58,782 bases of DNA from Thermoproteota archaeon (GCA_029258835.1 JAPDJY010000036.1:1-58782), one strand, 5' to 3'; positions 1-10,508 are shown, counted from the stretch's first letter. Program-made: numbers and translations. The notes: a model not told the origin generated them from the sequence alone.

Positions 1-433
1 CGGTTTCGGTGAGGGAGAGGCCCGTTTAACGGTTCAAAGGAGAGCTTATGTACTTATTTTAAAAGTGGGCTTTCAAGGTGGAAGGAAGGAGGTAAATTAT
101 TAAGGGCTTCCCCCCCTTCATAGCTTGGGGAATGATGACTACGACGGTCTTCTGAGCTGAAGCTGTGAGGAAGAAGGTAGGTTGCTGACCTTACCAACAT
201 GAAAGGTGGAAGAGTGTGGTTGGGGGTAGGCTCATTCAAATGCCTTTTCACCATTTCCCAGGTCTGTCTCTCTTTTAAATCATCGCCACCCATGAAGAAT
301 GTTGCTAAGAAGCGTTAAAAAGGATTTTCGTTTAGGGGGGTTGGTGGGAAGGCTACGTGCAGGGCGAACCATTTTTAAGGGAGCTTAAGCCCTGATGATA
401 AGGGTTCTGAATTCTGTTGAGGTGGGTTAAGGG

Positions 434-1444
434 TTGACGTGCTACGTTGTCGTTGGGGGATTCTTCGGAGACGAGGGAAAAGGGAAGGTTATTTCGTACC
501 TTGCCCTGAAGGACAAGCCTTCAGTCGTGGCGAGAGGAGGATGCGGCACTAACGCCGGCCACACCGTAGAGTATGGGGGGCGAAGGTTCAAGTTAAGGCA
601 GATTCCAAGCGGGTTCGTTTATGAGGGGGCAAGGGTGCTCATAGGGGCAGGCGTCCTCGTCGACCCAAATGTTTTCCTTAAAGAGGTTGAGGAGGCTGGT
701 GTCAAGGGAAGGGTGGGAGTGGATTATAACTGCGCTATTATAGAGCCAAGACATATCGATCAGGACCGGGGGTCACGCCATCTCTCCGGGAAGATCGGCA
801 GTACGGGAACGGGATGTGGGCCATGTAACGCTGAGAGAGCCATGAGAACTGTTAGGCTTGCTAGGGACGTCGACGAGTTGAAGGAATACTTAACCGACGT
901 CTCCCTCGAGCTAAACGAAGCCGTGGACAGGGGGGAAAACGCTATAATAGAGGGGACACAGGGTACGTTCCTGTCTCTTTACCATGGGACATACCCTTAC
1001 GTTACAAGTAAGGATACTACCGCGTCACAGGCGTGTGCGGACGTTGGCATAGGGCCAACGAAGGTAGACGAGGTTTTAGTTGTTTTTAAGGCTTACGTGA
1101 CGAGGGTTGGAGGAGGCCCTCTTCCAGGGGAGCTAAGTGAGGAGGAGGCGGAGAGGAGGGGGTGGCTCGAGGTTGCGACCGTGACCGGTAGGAGGAGGAG
1201 GGCTGCTCCCTTCAACTTCGAGCTGGCTAGAAGGGCTGTCAGGTTGAATGGAGCAACCCAGGTAGCAATAACTAAGCTTGACGTGGTGTACCCTGAGTGC
1301 CAAGGTGCGACTAGCTTCGAAGAGCTTCCAAGGAAGGCCGTGGAGTTCGTTGAGGAAGTTGAGGCGCAGCTTAGGAGGCCTGTGACGATCATAGGTACGG
1401 GTGCGGACGCAAACTCTGTGATAGATAGAAGAGAAGAGATTTGA
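434..1444 (+). CDS. purA: Adenylosuccinate synthetase (short archaeal form)
   Basis: GGFFGDEGKGK P-loop, NAGHT, IGSTGTGCGP, EGTQG, GTYPYVTS and TVTGRRRR motifs; 336 aa. Confidence 0.96.
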   Translation: MTCYVVVGGFFGDEGKGKVISYLALKDKPSVVARGGCGTNAGHTVEYGGRRFKLRQIPSGFVYEGARVLIGAGVLVDPNVFLKEVEEAGVKGRVGVDYNCAIIEPRHIDQDRGSRHLSGKIGSTGTGCGPCNAERAMRTVRLARDVDELKEYLTDVSLELNEAVDRGENAIIEGTQGTFLSLYHGTYPYVTSKDTTASQACADVGIGPTKVDEVLVVFKAYVTRVGGGPLPGELSEEEAERRGWLEVATVTGRRRRAAPFNFELARRAVRLNGATQVAITKLDVVYPECQGATSFEELPRKAVEFVEEVEAQLRRPVTIIGTGADANSVIDRREEI

Positions 1445-1476
1445 CGTGTGATAGAAGGTTTAGCTGCCGCATCCGT

Positions 1477-2232
1477 TCACGTTATTTGGTGGGGCATAAA
1501 CTCCCTTAGCTCTTTAACCAGGTTCTTTACCCCTTTTATCATGGATAGCGCTAACGGTATTCTCTCAACCTCTGCGATCTTCACCGCGAGAGGGTCTACT
1601 TTCTTCGGCCCATGCAGGATGACTACGGATGGCCTCAAAATCTCTGACAGTCCCAGCTGGCTGGTTTTAATCGCCACCATCGACGCCCTTCCGCTTATAA
1701 CGTTAGCAAATATTGCAGCTCTCTGGGGGGTTGAGCCGTAGAGTAGGATGAGCTGCTCTGATGATAGCTTGAGGATGGCGTTCACCACGTCGACTGCGGT
1801 GTATCCATAGATGGCGTTACCGAGCAGATCTTCATTTGCAAGAACCTCACATTTTAAGTGTTCGCAGAGGGCTTCAGCCTTTACAGGATATGAGAACTCT
1901 CTTATGTCGAGGATCACATCTGACGGTATTTCGCGCCCCATCATTCTTAAGAGACCATTGACTATTGAGCCGCCGCGGCTTTCATCGAGGGCGATAAGGC
2001 ACTTAACAAATTTCTGAATGGTGTCGATTCTAGGGGAAGACCTTCTCCCACTTTCATAGTCGCTTATCACGGAGGGTGAAACACCCAAGGCTTTAGCTAT
2101 GTCTTTCTGTGATATCTGGAACCGTTCACGCCACTTCTTCATGGAGGCGCCTGGATCCTCTGAAAGGGTTATTTCACCCGCTATTATCTGGCAAAGGCTT
2201 TTCTTCGGGTCGCTGACCTCCAAACCGGACAC
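1477..2232 (-). CDS. Archaeal XRE-family HTH transcriptional regulator (COG1709-like)
   Basis: IAGEITLSEDPG..MKKWRERF.ISQKDIAKALGVSPSVISDYESGRR.SP HTH; C-terminal YGYT..D...AI, GRASMVAIK, AVKIAEVERIPL typical of this family. Confidence 0.85.
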   Translation of the reverse strand: MSGLEVSDPKKSLCQIIAGEITLSEDPGASMKKWRERFQISQKDIAKALGVSPSVISDYESGRRSSPRIDTIQKFVKCLIALDESRGGSIVNGLLRMMGREIPSDVILDIREFSYPVKAEALCEHLKCEVLANEDLLGNAIYGYTAVDVVNAILKLSSEQLILLYGSTPQRAAIFANVISGRASMVAIKTSQLGLSEILRPSVVILHGPKKVDPLAVKIAEVERIPLALSMIKGVKNLVKELREFMPHQIT

Positions 2233-2478
2233 CTCTTTGCAGGTTTAGAGTTAGGTCAAAGGGGGATGTAAAAAGCTTTTCGGTGGAGGATTAAATGTGA
2301 TTAGGCATTTACCGAAGAACGGTTCGACACAAAGTGAAGGGAGCGCTGAGGCTTACACGGCAAGCCTCCACTACGCCACAGGCACCATTCGCACCCGTAA
2401 GAGTAGGTGGGCGGTGGGAAAAGTTTAAATATTAATGTAGTTTTTAAGATTAAAGACCCCTACAGGGGTGAATTGGTG

Positions 2479-2550
2479 ATGCAGCGCCAATATCTGCTTC
2501 CGTTAGGTCAAATCCCTGCTGGATGGATGGTGATGTCCCGCCAATTTTAG
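2479..2550 (+). promoter_or_regulatory. Candidate 23-aa upstream ORF / leader peptide (MQRQYLLPLGQIPAGWMVMSRQF) ahead of lysC
   Basis: GGGGTGA SD-like site before in-frame TTG-GTG-ATG; TATA-like AT run at about 2420-2450; TGGTGATG-N3-CGCCAAT occurs twice. Confidence 0.3.
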
Positions 2551-2668
2551 TTAATTTAGAAGAAGAGGGTGCAAACGCTAGTTTTCGACTTCCCCGTCGT
2601 ACCGGCAAAATGGGTGTACATGTCGTATTAAGGCTGTTTCTCCCTCAAAAGCAAGGAGGTGAAGGGCA

Positions 2669-3898
2669 GTGGTTGCCAGCGACGTCATAGTGGTCAAGTT
2701 TGGAGGGTCATGTATAAGTTCTGGTGCAGACCTTAGACGGGCAGCTTTAATGGTCAAGAAGGTGGCTGCTGAGGGTAAGAGGCCGGTGGTGGTTGTTTCA
2801 GCGCTGAAGGGTGTCACGAACCAGCTGATAAAGGTAGCTGATGACGCCACCCGTGGCCGCGTAAGCCCGCAGGAAAAGGATTCCATAGTGTCGCTTGGGG
2901 AGGTTGTTTCCGCGAGGGTTATGGCAGCCGCTTTAAGGTCTATTGGAATCGACGCCGTGGAGGTTGATCCCTACTCTGAGTACTGGCCAGTGTTCACTGA
3001 TGACGTTTTCGGCGACGCTAACCCGGTTTTAGAGTTGACGAGGAAGGCTGTAGATGAAAGGATAAGGCCTTTATTGAGCATGGGCGTCGTACCCGTGGTC
3101 TGCGGATTCCTCGGTTTAACCGTTGACGGTAGGGTGACAACTCTTGGTAGGGGTGGAAGCGACACGACGGCTGTTCTTCTGGGAGCGTGCCTGGGGGCTT
3201 CAGAGGTTGTCCTCGTAAAGGATGTCGGAGGGGTATTAACAGGTGACCCGAGGGTTTTGAAGGGATACAGTAAGCTGGACGTCCTAGATGCCAGAGAGAC
3301 GTTTATACTCGCGTCATCTGGTGCGAAGGTGATCCACGCTAAAGCCCTTCGGTTTAAACCTGAGGAAGTTAACATAAGGATAGTTGGGTTTAATGAGGGG
3401 GACATCCTGGCAGGGGGAACGCTGATAGTTGGAGCATGCCAGCCTGAGGTGGAGGTTTCAGCTTACGAGAAGCCTATTTTAGCGGTGACGGTCATAGGGG
3501 AAAGGGCGGCCAGTCCGGAGGCTTTCTCAAAGCTTATGATGGCTGTAAGGGAGGCTAAGGCCGAGTTGGTGTCCGTTGCACTAGAGCCACTATCAATGAC
3601 GCTTTACGTTTCAGACGGGGAGGCAAACATCTTAGAGGCGCTGCACGGTAAGGTGATGGAGGAGGAGCTCGGGAAGGCTTTGACCTGCTCTAGCAAGCTA
3701 GCCATGATAACCCTTAAAGGCGCCGGGAAAGTGGAGGGGAAGGAGGTTTCAAGGATCCTCTCGGAGGAAGGTGTAGGATTCCACAGCATTTTAACCTTAA
3801 GCTCGGGGGTTAGAATATTTGTGAGTTGGGATGAGAAAGAAAGGGTGCTCCAGAAAATCGAGAGAATAGTCAACCCGGTTAGGAGGTTTGGAAGGTGA
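2669..3898 (+). CDS. lysC: Aspartate kinase
   Basis: VVKFGGS, VVVSALKGVTNQL, TTLGRGGSDTTA, KDVGGVLTGDPR; C-terminal ACT-like region. Confidence 0.93.
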   Translation: MVASDVIVVKFGGSCISSGADLRRAALMVKKVAAEGKRPVVVVSALKGVTNQLIKVADDATRGRVSPQEKDSIVSLGEVVSARVMAAALRSIGIDAVEVDPYSEYWPVFTDDVFGDANPVLELTRKAVDERIRPLLSMGVVPVVCGFLGLTVDGRVTTLGRGGSDTTAVLLGACLGASEVVLVKDVGGVLTGDPRVLKGYSKLDVLDARETFILASSGAKVIHAKALRFKPEEVNIRIVGFNEGDILAGGTLIVGACQPEVEVSAYEKPILAVTVIGERAASPEAFSKLMMAVREAKAELVSVALEPLSMTLYVSDGEANILEALHGKVMEEELGKALTCSSKLAMITLKGAGKVEGKEVSRILSEEGVGFHSILTLSSGVRIFVSWDEKERVLQKIERIVNPVRRFGR

Positions 3899-4962
3899 AG
3901 AAGGTGGATGTTGCCATATTGGGATGTACAGGAACCGTCGGGCAGAGATTGGTGGAACTGCTACACGACCATCCATGGTTTAACATAGTCGCGGTGGCAG
4001 CGTCTGAAAGAAGCGCGGGGAAAAGGTATGGTGAAGTGGCTGGAGCCAAGTGGCATCTCCCCACGAACATACCTGAAGAAGTGGCATCCATGGAAGTTGT
4101 TAACACTTCGGTGAGGGAGGCTGAGGCCCCACTAGTCTTTTCAGCCCTCCCGTCCGACATAGCTAGACGCGTAGAGCCAGAGTTCGCGGATGCGGGATGC
4201 ACCGTTGTAAGCAATGCGAGCGCCTTCAGGATGGAGGAGGACGTGCCTCTGATTATACCAGAGGTGAACCCAGACCACTTAAGGCTCATAGACCTGCAGA
4301 GGGAGAGAAGAGGATGGAGTGGCTGCATAGTGACGGATCCGAACTGCACCACTATAGGGTTAACCATACCTTTGAAGCCCATCTATGACAGGTACGGTTT
4401 GGAGAGGGTTTACGTTGCCACCATGCAGGCGATTTCGGGGGCAGGGCTCCCCGGGGTTCCAGGGCTTCTAATCACGGACAACGTCATACCCTACATTTCA
4501 GGGGAGGAGGAGAAAGTTGTCAATGAAACGCGGAAGATCCTCGGGAGACTTGAGGACAGCAGGGTTTCACCAGCCAACATAAAAATAGATGCTTCGTGTA
4601 ATAGGGTTCCAGTCGTGGATGGGCACACCGAGTCCGTTTTCCTAGTTACGGAGAGCGAGGTCGAAGTAGGAGAGGTTAAAGAGGTACTCCGGGAGTTCAG
4701 GGGGGAACCTCAAAGGCTTAAGCTTCCCTCAGCCCCAGAGCAGCCAATCATAGTTAGGGAGGAGGTTGACAGGCCTCAGCCCAGGCTTGACAGGATGGCT
4801 GGGAGCGTGCCGGGGATGAGCGTGAGCGTAGGCAGAATCAGGAGAGGTTCGGAGCCGAACACGTTAATGCTCACTCTTTTAAGCCATAACACTATTAGAG
4901 GGGCGGCGGGGGCGGTTGTTTTAAACGCAGAGTTGATGTTGGCATACAACCTCGTAAGGTAG
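3895..4962 (+). CDS. asd: Aspartate-semialdehyde dehydrogenase
   Basis: GCTGTVGQ, SNASAFRM, PEVNPDH, PNCTT, QAISGAG, RVPVVDGH, HNTIRGAAG. Confidence 0.96.
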   Translation: MKKVDVAILGCTGTVGQRLVELLHDHPWFNIVAVAASERSAGKRYGEVAGAKWHLPTNIPEEVASMEVVNTSVREAEAPLVFSALPSDIARRVEPEFADAGCTVVSNASAFRMEEDVPLIIPEVNPDHLRLIDLQRERRGWSGCIVTDPNCTTIGLTIPLKPIYDRYGLERVYVATMQAISGAGLPGVPGLLITDNVIPYISGEEEKVVNETRKILGRLEDSRVSPANIKIDASCNRVPVVDGHTESVFLVTESEVEVGEVKEVLREFRGEPQRLKLPSAPEQPIIVREEVDRPQPRLDRMAGSVPGMSVSVGRIRRGSEPNTLMLTLLSHNTIRGAAGAVVLNAELMLAYNLVR

Positions 4963-5757
4963 GTGGTCGAAGTGGATGGGAAGCAGGCTAGACTCTGCCG
5001 CATAACTAGGCGTGAGAGGGCAGTTATAATACCGATGGATCACGGAGTCACCAATGGGCCCATAAAGGGGCTAACCAACATGGATGAAATCGTCGGTAAA
5101 GTGGTTGAGGGTGGAGCTACAGCCGTGCTCCTCCACAAGGGCATCATAAAGCACCTTTGCAGGCCCCCTGAGTGCGGGATTATAATGCATCTTTCAGCCA
5201 GCACCGTGCTAGGCCCCGACCCGAACTGGAAGGTGAGAGTTGCATCCGTCGAGGAAGCCATAAGGCTCGGCGCCGACGCCGTCTCCGTCCACGTCAACGT
5301 CGGAAGCGAAAGGGAGCCTCAAATGCTCGAGAAGCTTGGCTACGTAGCAGACATGTGCGACGAGTGGCGTGTCCCCCTAATAGCGATGATGTATCCTAGA
5401 GGGAAAAACATAGACTCCCTAAGTCCGGACGCGATAGCTCACGCATCAAGGATAGGGGCGGAGCTGGGCGCCGACATAGTTAAAACACCTTACACCGGGA
5501 GCCCTGAAACGTTTAGGAGGGTTGTTGAGGGGTGCCCGGCGCCCATAGTGATAGCTGGCGGCCCAAAGGCTGAAACGGACTTGGACGTGCTCAGGATGGT
5601 GAGAGGTGCAATGGATGCGGGGGCCATAGGGGTCGCTATGGGGAGAAACGCCTTCCAGCACGAGAACCCTGCTGCGATAGTTAAAGCGGTTGCGGAGATC
5701 GTCCTCAACGATGCCGAAGTTGAGGAGGCCGCCGAGAAGGCGGGGGTGAAAATTTGA
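4963..5757 (+). CDS. aroA': 2-amino-3,7-dideoxy-D-threo-hept-6-ulosonate synthase (class I aldolase, MJ0400 type)
   Basis: PMDHGV, HLSAST, GADAVSVHVNVG, AELGADIVKT, AGGPK, GRNAFQH; adjacent to asd and aroB'. Confidence 0.88.
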   Translation: MVEVDGKQARLCRITRRERAVIIPMDHGVTNGPIKGLTNMDEIVGKVVEGGATAVLLHKGIIKHLCRPPECGIIMHLSASTVLGPDPNWKVRVASVEEAIRLGADAVSVHVNVGSEREPQMLEKLGYVADMCDEWRVPLIAMMYPRGKNIDSLSPDAIAHASRIGAELGADIVKTPYTGSPETFRRVVEGCPAPIVIAGGPKAETDLDVLRMVRGAMDAGAIGVAMGRNAFQHENPAAIVKAVAEIVLNDAEVEEAAEKAGVKI

Positions 5758-6803
5758 AGAAGATCATTTTAAAGCTGAGTCAACCGTGGAGTGACGCGAA
5801 AGAGTATGCTGTTGAAGCGTTAACCCACGGCATAAACGCCTTCTACGTCCCTCCGGGAATGGTGGAGAAGGTGCGAAGCTTGGGAAGCGTCGAGGTTTTC
5901 TCTGAGGCCGATGGGGCAGACATGGTCGTGGCGTTGGATGACGGAGGGGAGCCAAGGAAAGGCGTAGCCTACATAGTTAAAGTTGCCAAGAAGGAAGATG
6001 AGGAGAGAGTTTACGGTCTTGCGAGGGCCGGGGCGACCGCTGTGATAGTTAAGACCGAGGACTGGAAGATAATACCGTTAGAGAACATCATAGCAGACCT
6101 TCACAGGATGGACACCGAACTGTACGCTGAAGCTGAAAGCGTTGATGAAGCACGCACCCTGCTCCAGACGCTTGAGCTGGGCGTCGACGGAGTAATATAC
6201 GAGCCGAAAAGCCTAGACGAGGTAGCGGAGCTGGCGAAGCTGGTTCAGACCGAACACACGATTCCACTCACCCCAGCCAAGGTCGTTGACGTAAGGGAGG
6301 TTGGGATGGGAGACAGGGTCTGCGTTGACACCTGCTCGATGCTTAAGGTCGGAGAGGGAATACTCGTCGGATCACAGGCTCAAGGTCTCTTCCTAGTCCA
6401 CAGTGAGACGCTAGAGACGGAGTTCACCTCGCCCCGCCCGTTCAGGGTGAACGCCGGTCCTGTTCACTCCTACACGCTCTCACCCGACGGGAAAACAAGA
6501 TACCTTTCAGAGTTGAAGGCAGGGGAGAAGGTGCTGGCCGTAGACTACAAGGGTAACGCGAGAGAAGCGGTTGTTGGAAGAGTTAAAATAGAGAGGAGGC
6601 CGCTCCTCCTAGTCGAGGCGGAGAAGGACGGTGAAACCTTCAAGGTGCTCCTCCAGAACGCTGAAACAGTCGCCCTAGTCGGCGAGGACGGGAAAGCCGT
6701 CTCCGTGGCGAAACTTAAGAAGGGAGATAAGGTGCTAATCCACATAAGCCAGAAGGGAAGACACTTCGGCAAAAGCGTAGAGGAGACAATAATAGAAAAA
6801 TAG
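5754..6803 (+). CDS. aroB': 3-dehydroquinate synthase II
   Basis: DWKIIPLENIIA, LELGVDGV, GDRVCVDTCS, RPFRVNAG, VGRVKIERRPL, LQNAETV, GRHFG. Confidence 0.95.
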   Translation: MKKIILKLSQPWSDAKEYAVEALTHGINAFYVPPGMVEKVRSLGSVEVFSEADGADMVVALDDGGEPRKGVAYIVKVAKKEDEERVYGLARAGATAVIVKTEDWKIIPLENIIADLHRMDTELYAEAESVDEARTLLQTLELGVDGVIYEPKSLDEVAELAKLVQTEHTIPLTPAKVVDVREVGMGDRVCVDTCSMLKVGEGILVGSQAQGLFLVHSETLETEFTSPRPFRVNAGPVHSYTLSPDGKTRYLSELKAGEKVLAVDYKGNAREAVVGRVKIERRPLLLVEAEKDGETFKVLLQNAETVALVGEDGKAVSVAKLKKGDKVLIHISQKGRHFGKSVEETIIEK

Positions 6804-6822
6804 AAAAGTAGGCTATCAGAGG

Positions 6823-7305
6823 TCACCACGCCTTCTCGGGAAAAGTGATCGTTTCCGGTTCAACACCTATCTTCCTGAAAGCCTCCATAATCATAGAGAA
6901 CGCCTCCTCCAAGTTGTTTCCAAGGAAAAACATGTGGCTTCCGCATCCCTCATCACAGTCACTTGACCCAAAACCCTTAACCCCAACTCCCCCAACAGAC
7001 CTCAAGGCTTTAGCCACCTTATGTTCAAGCCTAACATTACTTAAAGCAAGGAACACCGCAACTATTTTCGCAAACCCCGACGTAGTAACGTAGTCAATAT
7101 GCCAGAAAACGGTTTTTGAACTAGATAAATGCCTACTAACCCGAGCATGAAGGCTGCTTGCACCCCTCCCCATCCCCGAACCCACATAACCGTAATACCC
7201 CCACCTGAAGAAGACATCCCCCAAACTGCCAACCCTGACCACAGCATCCTCAGGGAAACGCAAGAGAAGCACATAGACACCCTTCACAATCGACCTCCAA
7301 ACCAA
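6823..7305 (-). CDS. GIY-YIG (Uri superfamily, DUF123) endonuclease
   Basis: KGVYVLLL, YGYVGSG, RVSRH, WHIDY, GFGSSDC..GC.SH. Confidence 0.88.
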   Translation of the reverse strand: MVWRSIVKGVYVLLLRFPEDAVVRVGSLGDVFFRWGYYGYVGSGMGRGASSLHARVSRHLSSSKTVFWHIDYVTTSGFAKIVAVFLALSNVRLEHKVAKALRSVGGVGVKGFGSSDCDEGCGSHMFFLGNNLEEAFSMIMEAFRKIGVEPETITFPEKAW

Positions 7306-7544
7306 TCACTAAGAGCTAAATCCACACGGCTCGCCACCCTTGCAGCACACATCCCTTCTCTCATCTCTCACATCCATATAAAAACCTGATGAATTAAAAA
7401 TTTTAAAGTATTCCCAGCATTCCTCCATAAAGTCTTTCCCTTTTCGAAGAAAGAAAAAGCCCTATAAGTAAAAAGTAAAACCTTGCTACGAAATCTAGAG
7501 GCAACCTAGAAAAACATCCAACAATATCATCGAAAAAGGAAAAA

Positions 7545-8062
7545 CTAAAACTTAACTTTTCTGGATTCCAACGCTTTCCTCCGCTCCCCTAAGAGAAGAT
7601 GCAGCCTCTGCTTATCCACAGGTAAAACTTGTACGCCACAGTAAACAGAATTAAGCACGCTGTCCACGGCACCACCATCATCAACAGCATAGCAGAAGTT
7701 AAAGCCTGACCAGACCAGTATGCCACCCACCCAAGTCATTATACCAGCAAAACCACAGCTCCCCAGATAAGGTATTCAGAAAAACGCGTAAGGATTCATC
7801 CACTTCATGAAGAAGACGCCGCCGAGAATATCCGCCAGCCATCCAGCCAGCAGCACCCCCACAGCCGAAAACCCACCCTCAAAAGCTGCTCAATCGCAAA
7901 AGCCGTACCCCCTAACCTCAAGCTTAGTCACGTCAGCAACCATCGGCTGAGCCGCAACGGGAGCAGACCAGCTAAAGCCGCACCGGTCAAAAAGCCTAAA
8001 ACGACATACCCCAAAGCATCCAAAGGCACCATCAGAATGAAAGCCGTCAAAGGAACACCCAT
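7545..8062 (-). pseudogene. Frameshifted C-terminal remnant of an MFS transporter
   Basis: Manual translation across frameshifts: MGVPLTAFILMVPLDALGYVVLGFLTG / SWSAPVAAQPMVADVTKLEVRG / TAFAIEQL / FEGGFSAVGVLLAGWLADILG. Confidence 0.65.
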
Positions 8063-8589
8063 GAAAAATCGATATCTAAGCCGTCAAAATCACCCAGCAG
8101 CTCCGACTCGAACTTTAGGGCATACTCTATGATGAGGCGCCTCCTTTCCCATCATACCCGTAGGAAACGTTGACTGGAAAACGAGGGTTCCTTGCGGCGT
8201 CTAGCATATTTTAGGGATTTAAGGGTTTGGGTGTGTTGCGGGCTGATTTTGATGGGGGTGGTGTGGGTGCTTAAATGCTTTCCGGTGGATGGAACTCGGG
8301 TATTAACTGGTTGGATAGGTGTTGCCCCTCAGCGTAACTTTGACTAATCATCCTCGTTTACGAGTCGTTCTTGCCGGATCGCTTCATCGTATAGGCATGC
8401 CCTTAAGATTTGGAGGATGGTGGAGTATAAAATCGTTGCGGGTTCGTCGGGTTGAAGCCTCGGTTTATGTTTGTGCTTCTTGATTGTTGAAGGTGATGAA
8501 AGGCTGTTTTTAGACGTTTATGTCTAAGTTAACTTTAAATACCGGTTTTTGCTTGTTTCCTTCATTTCCGAGTAGGCTGGGCATTAGGC

Positions 8590-9786
8590 GTGAAGTGGTA
8601 CAGGGCTTATTTCCCCTTTAAGATGGCAAGCGCTGCCATGACTCCGCTGATACCGGTTTACGTGAGGGAGCTTGGTGGAGGACTGGTGGAGGCAAGTTTA
8701 GCTGTGGCCCTCTATAACCTGGCGGCGGCCTTGGCGTCGATAATTCTTGGACGGGTTTCTGACGGAACGATGGAGCGGAGAAAGTACGTGCTTGGAGGCT
8801 TCCTCGGCTTCACCGTCGCAAGCGTCATGTTCTATTATGTGGCGAACGTAACGTATGCGCTCCTCGCCAGTGTGATTGCAGGTTTCACCACTGCCCTCTG
8901 CGTGCCGATAGCCGTTTTGCTCATAACTGAAACTTCTAGTGAGGAGGAGTGGGAAAGGGAGATCGGGAGGTTTAACAGGGTTGGGGGCTTAGGCTGGATT
9001 GCAGGGTTAGCCGTAGGGACAATGTGGGTTCGCTTTTCAAGCGACAGGGAACTTTTCGCCTTTTCAGCCGTTCTAGGGGGGATAAGTCTCACCTACGCCT
9101 CCACCCTTATCAGGGATCCCCCATCACGGGAGGAGGTTAGAGTTCGAGGGAAGCTGAGAGGGGAGGGGGAAGGCGGGGGGCTTAAGGGGAAGGCTACGGG
9201 CCCATTCGCCCTTTACCTTGCATCCACGTTTCTAATGTTTACGTCCACGTCTCTTGGATATTCCCTTCTCCCGATCTTTCTTAGGGATATGGCTGCTACG
9301 AACAGTGAGGTGTTCTTAGCCTATTTTTCGAGTTCAGCTGTTTCGGCTGCGACCTATTCAAGAGTTGAGAGGATTTCTAGGGGGAGGAGCCTTTATGTGC
9401 AGCGGGGGGCGTCTGCTGGGAGGGCTGTCATACTTGCCGTTTTCGCGTTGTCATGGCTGATGGCTAGGAGCAAGGATGGCGTCGCCGCGGTGATCGTAGC
9501 TATGATGTTTTCAGGCTTCACGTGGGCGATTTTGAACGTGGCGGGGCCAGCCGCCGCCGTGAGGATTACGCCGCGGGAGAAGAGGGGGGAGGCCATTGGG
9601 ACGTATAACGCCGTAGTCTCCGTCTCAAGCATAGCAGGGTCGGCTTTAAGCGGCGTGGTGGCGCAGAACCTAGGCTATCCTGTCCTCTTCGTTTCAGCAG
9701 CGTCCCTCGCCTTAGCCAGCATCCCTCTGCTTAGGGTTGTCGGGGAAGGCGTTGGGAGGCGGCAGCCCCCTGAAGGTGCCTGTTAG
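8590..9786 (+). CDS. MFS transporter
   Basis: About 12 hydrophobic segments; GRVSDGTMERRK motif-A variant; PREKRGEAIGTYN. Confidence 0.9.
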   Translation: MKWYRAYFPFKMASAAMTPLIPVYVRELGGGLVEASLAVALYNLAAALASIILGRVSDGTMERRKYVLGGFLGFTVASVMFYYVANVTYALLASVIAGFTTALCVPIAVLLITETSSEEEWEREIGRFNRVGGLGWIAGLAVGTMWVRFSSDRELFAFSAVLGGISLTYASTLIRDPPSREEVRVRGKLRGEGEGGGLKGKATGPFALYLASTFLMFTSTSLGYSLLPIFLRDMAATNSEVFLAYFSSSAVSAATYSRVERISRGRSLYVQRGASAGRAVILAVFALSWLMARSKDGVAAVIVAMMFSGFTWAILNVAGPAAAVRITPREKRGEAIGTYNAVVSVSSIAGSALSGVVAQNLGYPVLFVSAASLALASIPLLRVVGEGVGRRQPPEGAC

Positions 9787-10508
9787 CGTGCGGTAAACTT
9801 GAGGTTTAGGATTTCCATCATTTCCCTTCCATTTGGGAGCATGCCCGTGTCGTTGTTGAAGAAGACGTGGATCGAGGTGGGCTGCTGCCTCACGATGTTC
9901 TCAGCCACCTCTTCAAGCTCCTTCCTCGTGTAGAGGTGGGAGTACCACGCTGTCCTACCATGCATTCTAAGGTATACTATTCCTCCAACCGCGAATACTC
10001 TACGTGGAAGGTCGGGTGCGTCCACGGACACTATGGTTACGCCTAGGCTGCGTGCCCATTCAACCCATTCCTCACTAAACCATTTCCTGTTCCTCCACTC
10101 TATGGCGAAGCGGAACCCTAAACCTGTTTCCTCGATGAAGGCTTCCATCTTCTTTACTGTTTTGCTTGTGGGGGTTAGGTTTGGTGGAAGCTGGAAAAGG
10201 TAGAAGTCTATCTTTTCATCTAGGGGGGTGAAGAGGCGTTTAAACTTCCGCCACGTGGAGGCGGCGCGCTCGCTGAACCTGAAAACGTGGGTTATGAACC
10301 GGGATGCTTTAACCGCCCATCTGAACCCCTCAGGAGTCTTCCTAGCCCAAGCCTTAACTTGGTTGGGGAACGGAAACCTGTAGTAGCTAGCGTTGAGCTC
10401 GACGGCGTTAAAGCCGCTTTCCCTAACATACCAGTCAAAGCTCTCCTCAGGATTCCAAAAGTAGGACCAACCACTTGTCCCAACGAAAACATCAACCAAC
10501 ACTACCAC
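9783..10508 (-). CDS. DUF72 (YecE) family protein
   Basis: VGTSGWSY, VELNASYYRFP, KASRFITH, LFQLPP, YLRMHGR, VFFNND. Confidence 0.93.
   Translation of the reverse strand: MVVLVDVFVGTSGWSYFWNPEESFDWYVRESGFNAVELNASYYRFPFPNQVKAWARKTPEGFRWAVKASRFITHVFRFSERAASTWRKFKRLFTPLDEKIDFYLFQLPPNLTPTSKTVKKMEAFIEETGLGFRFAIEWRNRKWFSEEWVEWARSLGVTIVSVDAPDLPRRVFAVGGIVYLRMHGRTAWYSHLYTRKELEEVAENIVRQQPTSIHVFFNNDTGMLPNGREMMEILNLKFTAR

Noticed and set aside
54-293. 79-aa ORF on -
   Set aside because: No recognisable motif and atypical composition; cannot be supported.
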